Positions 55,978-64,000 of a stretch of 64,000 bases of DNA are shown piece by piece. The position numbers were made by a program, and so were the translations under genes. Under the pieces are notes generated by a model. The model made no database searches. It saw only the letters and a program-made list of their open reading frames with translations, and was not told where the DNA came from. Each line of letters starts with the position of its first letter. Position 1 is the stretch's first letter. The stretch comes from Dehalococcoidia bacterium (GTDB lineage: Bacteria; Chloroflexota; Dehalococcoidia; Bin125): positions 3,040,001 to 3,104,000 of the forward strand of contig OY820591.1 in NCBI GenBank assembly GCA_963555985.3, in the 5' to 3' direction.

Positions 55978-57285
55978 CTACTTGTTCGGATCGTGCCGCT
56001 CGATCGCCGCCTCCAGTGCCGCGATATAGGTCGGCAGCACCTCCCGGAACTGCCCGCTGAGGCGCGTCAGAATCGCGTCCACGTCCTTTTTCAGCACGAC
56101 CTGCGGAGCGAGCGCGATGTCTCTTGTGCCGGAGATCAGGCCGTCGTCGTTGAAGGGCAAGCCGTGGACGAGCAGCATCAAGGGCACGATGAGGTGTCCC
56201 TGACTCTGGGGTTGATCCCAGATGCTGAAGGCGACCACGCCGTGGTAGAGGAGAGCGGGCAGGTCGGGGAAGCTGGAGCCGATCGCGCCGAGCACGATGT
56301 CGTCGCGGCCGGCGAGCGCTTCGGCGGCGAGGAAAGTGGTGTTGGCGTTCAGAGTGAGCACTCCCGCGTGGCCTGTGGCGGCGGCGCGGATCGCAGCGAT
56401 TTTGTCGGCCTCAGCCGAGATGTTGTAGACCTCAACTGCGCCGTCGTGATCGGCTTCGAGCGCGGCGCAACGTTCCTCCAGCCCGATGTTGGCGCGTTCG
56501 TGAATGACGCAGAGCAGGCTGCCGTCCACGTTCAGGCTGGCGAACTGTTCGGCTGCGATCTGGCCGGCGCGAGTTTCGTCGATGGCGAGATGCATCACCG
56601 AGCGAACGCTGGGCGCGTCGTAGCGGCCGGAATTGAAGGTCACGATTCGGGTCGGGTTACCGTCGGCCAGGGCGAGCGCGGGGCGGAGCGTCTCGATGTC
56701 GGCCAGGGTCGTGGCGACTACGGCTGCATCGTCTTCAATGCACTCGCGAATCGCGTCGGCTTGGTCGCCGCTTTCTTCGTGCAGCGACGCGCGCAGTTGG
56801 ATACCGAGTTGGAGCGCTGAGGTAGAGGCGGCGTCGTAGACGACGCGCCAGAAGAGATCGTCTTCCGTACCGTGGGTCACCAGGCAGAAGAGCGTGTCGG
56901 GAGTGACCGGGCGGGTGGCGGTCAGACCCTCGCGGTAGCTGAAGGGTCCGAGTTGGTGGGGCTGCTGGAAGCGATTGATGGGGGCGTCGCGCAGCAGGGA
57001 CAAGGAGAGCGGGCTGCTCGCGCGCCAGACGCCCGGTTCGCTGTCGGCGGCGAGGAAGCGGGCTGCGGGCAATTCGCGCTCGCCCCAGCCGGCGTCGGAG
57101 CGCTGCTGGAGTCCGACTTCGACTCGCCCGTCTTCCAGCGGTCGGGCGACCACGCGGACGTCGCCATCGTCGCTATTGGCAGCCCAGAGCACGCCGAGCG
57201 TGACCGCACCGATCAGGATGCCGGCGCAGACCAGCAGAAGTGAATGGATGCCGCGGGGGGGGGGAGAAAACGAAGAGCGAGACAT
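55978..57285 (-). CDS. Sugar-type periplasmic binding protein with extra N-terminal module, paralog
   Basis: LVTHG...DLFW, IVTFNSG, LAIDE, ERC, DQP..QG. Confidence 0.82.
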   Translation of the reverse strand: MSRSSFSPPPRGIHSLLLVCAGILIGAVTLGVLWAANSDDGDVRVVARPLEDGRVEVGLQQRSDAGWGERELPAARFLAADSEPGVWRASSPLSLSLLRDAPINRFQQPHQLGPFSYREGLTATRPVTPDTLFCLVTHGTEDDLFWRVVYDAASTSALQLGIQLRASLHEESGDQADAIRECIEDDAAVVATTLADIETLRPALALADGNPTRIVTFNSGRYDAPSVRSVMHLAIDETRAGQIAAEQFASLNVDGSLLCVIHERANIGLEERCAALEADHDGAVEVYNISAEADKIAAIRAAATGHAGVLTLNANTTFLAAEALAGRDDIVLGAIGSSFPDLPALLYHGVVAFSIWDQPQSQGHLIVPLMLLVHGLPFNDDGLISGTRDIALAPQVVLKKDVDAILTRLSGQFREVLPTYIAALEAAIERHDPNK

Positions 57286-57430
57286 GCTTGGGATCCTTGC
57301 GGGGTGGGCGGCTACCAGAAACGTTGCGAACGCCGCGCGGATGCTAACCCGCCACTACAGCGAAACTGCTCGACGAACGATACAGATTTTCTTCATTCAG
57401 CGCAGGTTGAATTCCAGTTGCGGGCGTCGG

Positions 57431-58387
57431 TCAGGATTTGCGCGCGACGGCGCGTTTGGACGCTGCGACGACCGCTTCGGCGGTCAGACCGTACTGATCC
57501 AGCAGCGCCCCCCACGGACCCGACTGGCCGAACGTGTCGTGGACGCCGACCTGTTCCATCGGCGCGGGGCAATGCAGCGCGAGCGTCCGCGCGACCCCCG
57601 ATCCCAGCCCGCCGATCACGTTGTGCTCCTCGGCGCAGACGATCGCGCCGGTCTCTTGCGCAGCGTGGAGAATGGCGTCCTCATCCAGGGGCTTGAGCGT
57701 GGCCAGATTCAGAACCCGCGCCTCGATCCCCTCCTCAGCCAGCGCATCAGCCGCGCGCAGCGTCGGTTCGAGCATCAGCCCGCACGCGATCAGCGTCACG
57801 TCCGCACCGTCGCGGAGTTGGTCAGCCTTGCCCAACTCAAAGCGCGCGCCCTCCGTGTAGACGACGGGCAGCTTGGGCCGCCCGACGCGGATGTACCAGG
57901 GCTGCTCGTCTTCGGCAGCAGCCAGTAGCGCCGAGCGCGCTTCTACTACGTCCGCAGGCACAACCACGTTCATGCCGGGCAGCGAGGTCATCAGCGCCAA
58001 GTCTTCGATCGCCTGCGCCGACGCGCCGTCCTCACCCACCGAAACGCCCCCGTGCGAGGCGACCAGCTTGACGTTCATCCGCTGCTGCGCGATCTGAACG
58101 CGAATCTGGTCGAAGCAGTGGCCGGGCATGAAGACCGCAAAGGAGGCCGCGTAGACGGTCTTGCCGGTCGCCGCCAGTCCGGCCGCGATGCTGATCATGT
58201 TGGCTTCCGCAGCGCCGACCGTGAACCAGCGCTCAGGGAACTCGGAGGCCAGCTTGTTGCCGCCGGTGGAGGCGGAGAGATCGGCGTCCAGTGCGACGAT
58301 GTCCTTGCCCGCGCGGGCGAGTTCGAGCAGGGTTGGCCCGTAGGCTTCGCGGGTTGCGGCGGGCGGCTGGACGGCTTGAGTGGTCAT
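57431..58387 (-). CDS. Transketolase, C-terminal subunit
   Basis: ATREAYG, DADLS.ST, VGEDGASAQ, EEHNVIGGLG. Confidence 0.93.
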   Translation of the reverse strand: MTTQAVQPPAATREAYGPTLLELARAGKDIVALDADLSASTGGNKLASEFPERWFTVGAAEANMISIAAGLAATGKTVYAASFAVFMPGHCFDQIRVQIAQQRMNVKLVASHGGVSVGEDGASAQAIEDLALMTSLPGMNVVVPADVVEARSALLAAAEDEQPWYIRVGRPKLPVVYTEGARFELGKADQLRDGADVTLIACGLMLEPTLRAADALAEEGIEARVLNLATLKPLDEDAILHAAQETGAIVCAEEHNVIGGLGSGVARTLALHCPAPMEQVGVHDTFGQSGPWGALLDQYGLTAEAVVAASKRAVARKS

Positions 58388-59274
58388 CAGGCGCTCCCCC
58401 TGCCGGCATGGTGATTCGCGCTGCGCTTGAGGCCAGCCGCGATCTCCGTAAGCGCTTGCTCAAGCTGTTCGTCCGACGGCCCCTTGCCATGCCAAGCCGC
58501 CGGATTGCTCGCCATAAAGGAGACGCCCTTGCCCTTGACCGTCTCCGCGATCACGACCTGCGGCGCGCCAACGGTGTCGCGGGCGGTCGTGAGCGCCTCG
58601 CAGACCGCCGAAACATCATGCCCGTCCACATCATGCACGCCCCAACCGAACGCAGCCCACTTCTCGGCTACCGGATCCAGGCGCATGATCTCGTCACCGG
58701 GGCCGTCGTTCTGGAAATGATTGCGATCGACCACAGCTGTGATCCGGTCCAGGCCGAAGTGAGTGGCCGACATCGCCGCTTCCCAGTTCTGACCCTCGTT
58801 CAGTTCCCCGTCGCCGAGCACGCAGAAGACGTTCGCGTCAGTCCCGTTGAGGCGATGGCCCAGCGCCAGACCGACGGAGAACGACAGCCCCATGCCCAGC
58901 GCCCCGCCCGACATCTCCACGCCGGCCGGTCGCCCCCGCACCACGTGTCCCTGCAAGGGGCTGCCGAGGCTGCGGAAGCCGGACAGCAGCTCCGGCTCGA
59001 AGTAACCGGCCTCAGCCAGGGTCGCGTAGACCACCGGCGTCGCGTGGCCTTTGCTGAGGATGATCCGGTCGCGTTCGGGCCAATCGGGATGCTGCGGATC
59101 GTGCCTGGCCACGCCGCCGAAATAGAGGGCTGCGAAAATCTCCACCGCCGAGAGCGAACCGCCCGGATGCCCGGACTGGGCGGCATGAGTCATCGAGACG
59201 ATGTGGGCGCGAACGCGCTTGCAAATCTCTTCGAGTTGCGCGTGGTCGCTGACGGGCGCTGGGGAGTCGGCCAT
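58387..59274 (-). CDS. Transketolase, N-terminal subunit
   Basis: SGHPGGSLS, DR.ILSKGH, GDGELNEGQNWEA, T.KGKGV. Confidence 0.93.
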   Translation of the reverse strand: MADSPAPVSDHAQLEEICKRVRAHIVSMTHAAQSGHPGGSLSAVEIFAALYFGGVARHDPQHPDWPERDRIILSKGHATPVVYATLAEAGYFEPELLSGFRSLGSPLQGHVVRGRPAGVEMSGGALGMGLSFSVGLALGHRLNGTDANVFCVLGDGELNEGQNWEAAMSATHFGLDRITAVVDRNHFQNDGPGDEIMRLDPVAEKWAAFGWGVHDVDGHDVSAVCEALTTARDTVGAPQVVIAETVKGKGVSFMASNPAAWHGKGPSDEQLEQALTEIAAGLKRSANHHAGRGSA

Positions 59275-59356
59275 GGGCGAGCAGGTTCCGGGGCTGTGAA
59301 AACGGGTGCGGAATTTATGCTAGTGGCGCACACTGACTGCGGATAGGCGAAGATCG

Positions 59357-59926
59357 TTGCGGTTGTTTACTGAAGCCATATTGCCCGCAGCGGCGTTATC
59401 GGAAGCCGCTCAAGCGAGCGAAGACTTGCGGCGCGAGTTGGGCGCGACGGCGGACGCCGTGCGCTGGGTGCGTCCCGAGGCGGTGCATCTCACCCTGCGC
59501 TTCCTGGGTGAGATCGACGAACAGCGAACGCCCGCAATTCGGGCCGCCATGACCCAAGCTGCGTCGGCGACGGGGCCGATCTCGCTACAAGTGAGCAGCC
59601 CCGGCGTCTTCGGAGGCCGGCGTCCGCGCGTGCTCTGGGTCGGGCTCGACGGAGAGCTGGATCGTCTGAACCGCTTGGCCGAACGACTGGACGAAGCGCT
59701 GACCGACGCCGGGTTCGAGCCCAGACAAGGCGCGTTTCGCCCCCATGTCACGCTGGGCCGGGTCCGGCGCGGCGCCTCCCGCAGCGAGCTCGCCCAGATC
59801 GCCAGGACGGTGGCGAACGCGCCGCCGCTCGAGGCCGAGACGGTCGTGACCGGAATCGGACTGGTGCAGTCTCAATTGACGCCGACAGGCGCGAACTACC
59901 GCCGCCTGGCAGTGCTGGAGTTGTAG
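59357..59926 (+). CDS. thpR: RNA 2',3'-cyclic phosphodiesterase
   Basis: RLF.., HLTLRFLG, PRVLWVG, FRPHVTLGR (two HxT motifs). Confidence 0.9.
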   Translation: MRLFTEAILPAAALSEAAQASEDLRRELGATADAVRWVRPEAVHLTLRFLGEIDEQRTPAIRAAMTQAASATGPISLQVSSPGVFGGRRPRVLWVGLDGELDRLNRLAERLDEALTDAGFEPRQGAFRPHVTLGRVRRGASRSELAQIARTVANAPPLEAETVVTGIGLVQSQLTPTGANYRRLAVLEL

Positions 59927-59962
59927 GATGGAATTGGCTCGTACAGATAGAGGGAGGCGGCG

Positions 59963-60220
59963 ATGCAGAGCAGCTTGATCTCGAAGATCGAGAAGGCCCG
60001 GATCTACGCCGAGCAAGCCGATCGATTTCATCTCACCGCGTTGTCTTGCGAGGTGCGCGGGGACTCGACCACTCACATCGTGACGTTGGGCGAGGACGGC
60101 TGGGGTTGTGATTGCTTCTTTTTCCAGGACGCGGGCACCTGCTCGCACGTGATGGCGATTGAGCGCCACTTCGAGCGCTATCTGCCTGAGATCTACCGCC
60201 CGGTCGTGGTCAGCGCCTAA
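59963..60220 (+). CDS. Small SWIM zinc-finger protein
   Basis: SSLISKIEKARIYA...CDC.FF....TCSH; strong RBS ggagg. Confidence 0.82.
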   Translation: MQSSLISKIEKARIYAEQADRFHLTALSCEVRGDSTTHIVTLGEDGWGCDCFFFQDAGTCSHVMAIERHFERYLPEIYRPVVVSA

Positions 60221-60222
60221 GC

Positions 60223-61230
60223 TCAGCGGCGCCGGTTCCAGGCCTCGGCGCGCTGATTGAAGATCTCCGCATCGGCGCGCCATTCGGGATAGCCGATCTG
60301 TCCGTTGTCGGTAAGCCAGTCAATCCGTTCGTCGATGCAGGAGCGAAGCGCATCCGCGCCGGCGGGGAGCACGAAGCCGCCCCGTTCGACCGCAGGATCG
60401 AGCGCGGTCACCAGGAAACGTCCGTCTGAAACGTAGGCTGCATCGCTGTTCCCGATCTCACCGCGAGCGAATGCGTCGATCCGGCCCTCGGCGAGCGCAT
60501 TGAGATACGCCTCCTCGTCAGTACCGAGATAGAGCACCTGAGGACTGCTGTCGTCGGCCGGCAGCAGGCGGGTGCGTTCGGCCAGCAGCGCAGACTGTTC
60601 AGCGGCGTCAATCCGGTAACGCTCGCTGCCGTCCGCGACGATTTGGCCATCGGCAGTGTCGATCCGAACACCGGCCCTGAGCACTCCTTCATCGTCGGCC
60701 AACCCGCTCAGCTGGAGGAGACGGGCTTCGCCGGTCGTACCCCGCACAGCGCCCACGCGGTGTTGCGCGTTGAGGTCGTCGTGACTACGGATCCGTTCGG
60801 CGTCCTCAGCGCGAATCAGTAAGGACTGGCGAAAGCTGATATGTCCGCTCGTGAAGGCGACGACAGTGCGGCCGGAGGCGTCGCGAGTGCGGCTCTCGAG
60901 GATCGTGATCCCTCCCCCAGCCATGTCATAGTCGGGTCCCGCAGGCGCGAGCCAGATCCCAGGCCAGACATCGATCGGAATGCGCTCGAAGCCAAGCCGG
61001 GTATGCTCCATCGCTTCGAGCGCCGTCAACAAATCCGCCTCGTAGCCGAGATGACGCTGATAGCCGGCGGCGTTCGGGTCGCTCTCGGCGCTGTAGCTGA
61101 CCGGCTCGAAGGACGCGAAGAACCCATAGCGGAGGAGCGTCTCTTCATCCGCGCAGGGGCGCGGGTCCTGAGCGCCGCAGGCAACGAAGACGAAGAGCGC
61201 AGCGCCGCAGAGCAAGCTGAAGCGGATCAC
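60223..61230 (-). CDS. Substrate-binding lipoprotein (amino-acid SBP type)
   Basis: GTG start overlapping the fabF stop; lipobox FVAC; GYEADLL, GGITI, GAVRGTTGE. Confidence 0.75.
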   Translation of the reverse strand: MIRFSLLCGAALFVFVACGAQDPRPCADEETLLRYGFFASFEPVSYSAESDPNAAGYQRHLGYEADLLTALEAMEHTRLGFERIPIDVWPGIWLAPAGPDYDMAGGGITILESRTRDASGRTVVAFTSGHISFRQSLLIRAEDAERIRSHDDLNAQHRVGAVRGTTGEARLLQLSGLADDEGVLRAGVRIDTADGQIVADGSERYRIDAAEQSALLAERTRLLPADDSSPQVLYLGTDEEAYLNALAEGRIDAFARGEIGNSDAAYVSDGRFLVTALDPAVERGGFVLPAGADALRSCIDERIDWLTDNGQIGYPEWRADAEIFNQRAEAWNRRR

Positions 61231-62492
61231 TGGACGCGGCGGAACACCAGGCAGGCATTTTGCCCGCCGAACCCGAATGAGTTCTTGAGCACCGTATTCA
61301 CCGTCGCCGCTCGCGCGACGTTCGGCACGTAGTCGAGATCGCAATCCGGATCCGGGGTCGTGTAGTTGATCGTGGGATGGATGCGACCGTCCGTGATCGC
61401 GCGCACCGCAGCGATCGATTCCAGGCCTCCCGCGCCGCCGAAGACATGCCCGATCATCGACTTGGTCGACGAGATCGGCACATGATGCGCGGCTTCGCCC
61501 AGCGCCTGCTTGATTGCCCGCGTCTCCGAGGCGTCGTTCAGCGGCGTCGAAGTCCCATGCGCGTTCACGTAATCGATCTCCTCAGGCGCGATTCCGGCAT
61601 CCTCGATCGCCCAGTTGATCGCCCGCACCGGCCCTGCGCCGTCGGCATCGGGCATCACCAGATGATGCGCATCGGCGGACGATCCAAAGCCCGCGATCTC
61701 CACCTCGTAGTCCACCCCCCGCGCGCGGGCGGAGGCTTCCGATTCGAGCACGATGATGCCCGCGCCCTCGCCGGGTACGAACCCGTCGCGATCCGCGTCG
61801 AACGGTCTGGACGCGGCGGTCGGATCCTCATTCTTGGTCGTGAGCGCCCGCATCACCGCGAACCCGCCCAGCCCCAGCTGGCAGAACCCCGCCTCGGTGC
61901 CGCCGCTGATCACGATGTCCGCCTGACCATTGCGAATCACGTTGACCGCATCGCCCAGCGCCTGCGTGCCGGCGGCGCAGGCCGTGACCACGGTCGTGTT
62001 GTAGCCCAGCAACCCGAACTGCATCGCAATGTTCGCCGCCGCCATATTCGGCAGCACCTTGGGCAGGAAGAGTGGATCCAGCCGCATCCCCCCGCGCTCA
62101 AAGAGCGTCCCCGCCGTCTTCTGGATTTCGGGGTAGCCGCCCGCTCCGTTGCCCAGCACCACCCCGATCCGGCTGCGATCGAGTGAATCGAGGTCGAGCT
62201 TCGCGTCCTCAATCGCTTCTCGTGCGGCCGCGACTGCGAACTGCGTGAAGCGGGCCATCCGCCGCGCCGACTTGCGATCCATAAAGTCGCGCGCTTCAAA
62301 GTCGCGGATCTCAGCCCCGATCGTGCAGCTGAAACCGCTCACATCGAAGTTCTCGATCGGGACCACCGCGCTGTCGCCGTTGAGCACGTGATTCCAGAAC
62401 AGGTCAACGCCCGGCCCATAGGCCGACATGGCGCCTATGCCGGTGATGACGACGCGGGGCCGATCAGATGGCGACTGAGCTGGCGTAGTCAT
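61227..62492 (-). CDS. fabF: Beta-ketoacyl-ACP synthase II
   Basis: RVVITGIG, TACAAG, NAHGTST, KSMIGH, NSFGFGG. Confidence 0.95.
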   Translation of the reverse strand: MTTPAQSPSDRPRVVITGIGAMSAYGPGVDLFWNHVLNGDSAVVPIENFDVSGFSCTIGAEIRDFEARDFMDRKSARRMARFTQFAVAAAREAIEDAKLDLDSLDRSRIGVVLGNGAGGYPEIQKTAGTLFERGGMRLDPLFLPKVLPNMAAANIAMQFGLLGYNTTVVTACAAGTQALGDAVNVIRNGQADIVISGGTEAGFCQLGLGGFAVMRALTTKNEDPTAASRPFDADRDGFVPGEGAGIIVLESEASARARGVDYEVEIAGFGSSADAHHLVMPDADGAGPVRAINWAIEDAGIAPEEIDYVNAHGTSTPLNDASETRAIKQALGEAAHHVPISSTKSMIGHVFGGAGGLESIAAVRAITDGRIHPTINYTTPDPDCDLDYVPNVARAATVNTVLKNSFGFGGQNACLVFRRVQ

Positions 62493-63973
62493 TGCGTGGG
62501 ATCCTGGGCTGGCTCAATGATAGGCAGGTTCGGATCGAGCTCCTGGTTGGGCGCGCGCAGATCGGCAGCCAGCGAGAGCGAACCGAGCGCCAGGATGAGA
62601 TCTCCGGGCTGCGCCAGTTCCAGCGCTCCCGCGAGCGCATCGGCGGGCTCCGGCGCGACGTAAACCGATCCCTCCCAGCCCGCAAACGCCGCCGCTACCT
62701 GCTCCGCGCTGCGCGCGCGGGGATGATCGGAGCGCGTTGCGAAGACGGCTTGGGCGCGGGGTCGAATCGCTCCCGACATCGTGTCCAGCGCCTTGTCTCC
62801 GAGCGCCCCAAAGATGACCAATAACCGTTGGTGCGGGAAGTACTGATCGCAAGCGTCAAGCGCCCGCTCTACCGACTCGGCATTGTGCGCGCCGTCGATC
62901 ACAATGCGCGGCAGCGGCTCACGCTCCACGCCCGCCGGCGGCGTCCAACTCTCGGGTAACGGCAGCTCTTCCAAACGACCGGGCCAGTCAACCGTCGCCA
63001 GACCCCGATGCAGCGCCTCGCTCGAGATTTCCAGACCGCTCGCGGCGAGCTGATCAATCGTCGCAACCGCCGTGATCGCATTGTCAAGCTGATGCTCGCC
63101 CAGCAGCGGCAGCAGATAGAGCGAATGCGGCGACTCGGTCGGTCGCGGCTGACTGCGTTCCACCCGGAACCACTGACCCCACGGTTCGACTCCGGCACTC
63201 GTCCAGCGGTAGCGCTCCGCCACATCAACCAGTGGGATCGGCAGATCGTCGGCGACATCGCGGACAACCGCAGCCGCCCGCGGCCGTCGCTGCGGAGCAA
63301 GCACGGCGGCATGGGTGCCGGCCGTCAGAATCCCCGCCTTCTCGCCTGCGATCTGCGTAATCTTCTTGCCCAGGATGTCCGTGTGCTCATAGGAGAGCGA
63401 GGTAATCACGGCAGCGTCTTTCTCGCCGAACACATTCGTCGAATCCAGCCGTCCGCCAAGTCCGACCTCGACAACCTGGACATCCACCTGATGCTGCCGA
63501 AAGGCGTGGAAGGCAAGCGCGGTCAGAATCTCAAAGGTGCTGACATGGCCGGGATCGTCGGCGAGCTCGGCAGCCACGACCGGCTGCAATTCCGAGCAGA
63601 GCCGCGCGAACTCCTGATCGGGCAAGGGCGCGCCGAGAATCCGAATTCGCTCCGCAAAACTGTGCAGATGCGGACTCGTGAACAATCCTGTCCGATATCC
63701 CGCCTCACGCAGCACCGACTCGATCATCGCGGCGGTGGAGCCTTTGCCTTTTGAGCCGGCCACATGCACCGTGCGCCGTCCGTGCTGCGGTTCGTCCAGC
63801 CGGCGCAGCAGCGAGCGAATCCGATCCAGCGCGAAGTCGGGCTTCGAGCGGCGCGGTCCCGAGCCGCGCTCGAAATCGGCGTGACTCATCAGCCAAGCCG
63901 CCGCCGACTCGTAGCCGGCAAACCGTGCAGCTCTTGGCTGTTCGACTTCGCTGGAATGATCGGTATCGCCCAT
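62489..63973 (-). CDS. folC: Folylpolyglutamate synthase/dihydrofolate synthase
   Basis: HVAGSKGKGS, FTSPHL, EVGLGGRLDSTN, WPGRLE, DGAHN. Confidence 0.94.
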   Translation of the reverse strand: MGDTDHSSEVEQPRAARFAGYESAAAWLMSHADFERGSGPRRSKPDFALDRIRSLLRRLDEPQHGRRTVHVAGSKGKGSTAAMIESVLREAGYRTGLFTSPHLHSFAERIRILGAPLPDQEFARLCSELQPVVAAELADDPGHVSTFEILTALAFHAFRQHQVDVQVVEVGLGGRLDSTNVFGEKDAAVITSLSYEHTDILGKKITQIAGEKAGILTAGTHAAVLAPQRRPRAAAVVRDVADDLPIPLVDVAERYRWTSAGVEPWGQWFRVERSQPRPTESPHSLYLLPLLGEHQLDNAITAVATIDQLAASGLEISSEALHRGLATVDWPGRLEELPLPESWTPPAGVEREPLPRIVIDGAHNAESVERALDACDQYFPHQRLLVIFGALGDKALDTMSGAIRPRAQAVFATRSDHPRARSAEQVAAAFAGWEGSVYVAPEPADALAGALELAQPGDLILALGSLSLAADLRAPNQELDPNLPIIEPAQDPTQ

Positions 63974-64000
63974 GGACAGCCCGCCTTCGTCTGGATTTGA

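Noticed and set aside
60223-61344. Long overlap of the SBP gene with fabF
   Set aside because: A GTG at 61230 gives a normal 4-bp overlap and a proper lipoprotein signal.

Overview
High-GC bacterial genome segment. The gene content (many F420/flavin LLM and PPOX oxidoreductases, SDRs, VOC proteins, tandem HSL esterases, small Chloroflexi-type hypotheticals, orphan DNA methyltransferases, abundant palindromic repeats) suggests a Dehalococcoidia/SAR202-like organism, possibly host-associated; this assignment is inference. About 60 CDS are supported; I saw no rRNA, tRNA, CRISPR array or transposase. Highlights: (1) a selenoprotein split by the ORF track (PrdB/GrdB-like, in-frame TGA in a UxxC motif plus a SECIS-like hairpin, 16506-17834) with no reductase partner genes nearby; (2) two coupled pairs of an intact SDR and a catalytically degenerate SDR, resembling heteromeric BbsCD; (3) a DNA-processing cluster (RecQ, HsdR_N nuclease fused to a DnaA domain IV-like HTH, Lhr, MTase-HNH); (4) an unnamed ~55-aa extracellular module on three exported proteins; (5) nested REP/MITE elements and 10-bp-periodic intergenic tracts whose orientation tracks local G/C strand skew; (6) a methyltransferase followed by a duplicated, MITE-disrupted esterase 3' end. 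All family calls come from motif recognition by eye, not from database searches.
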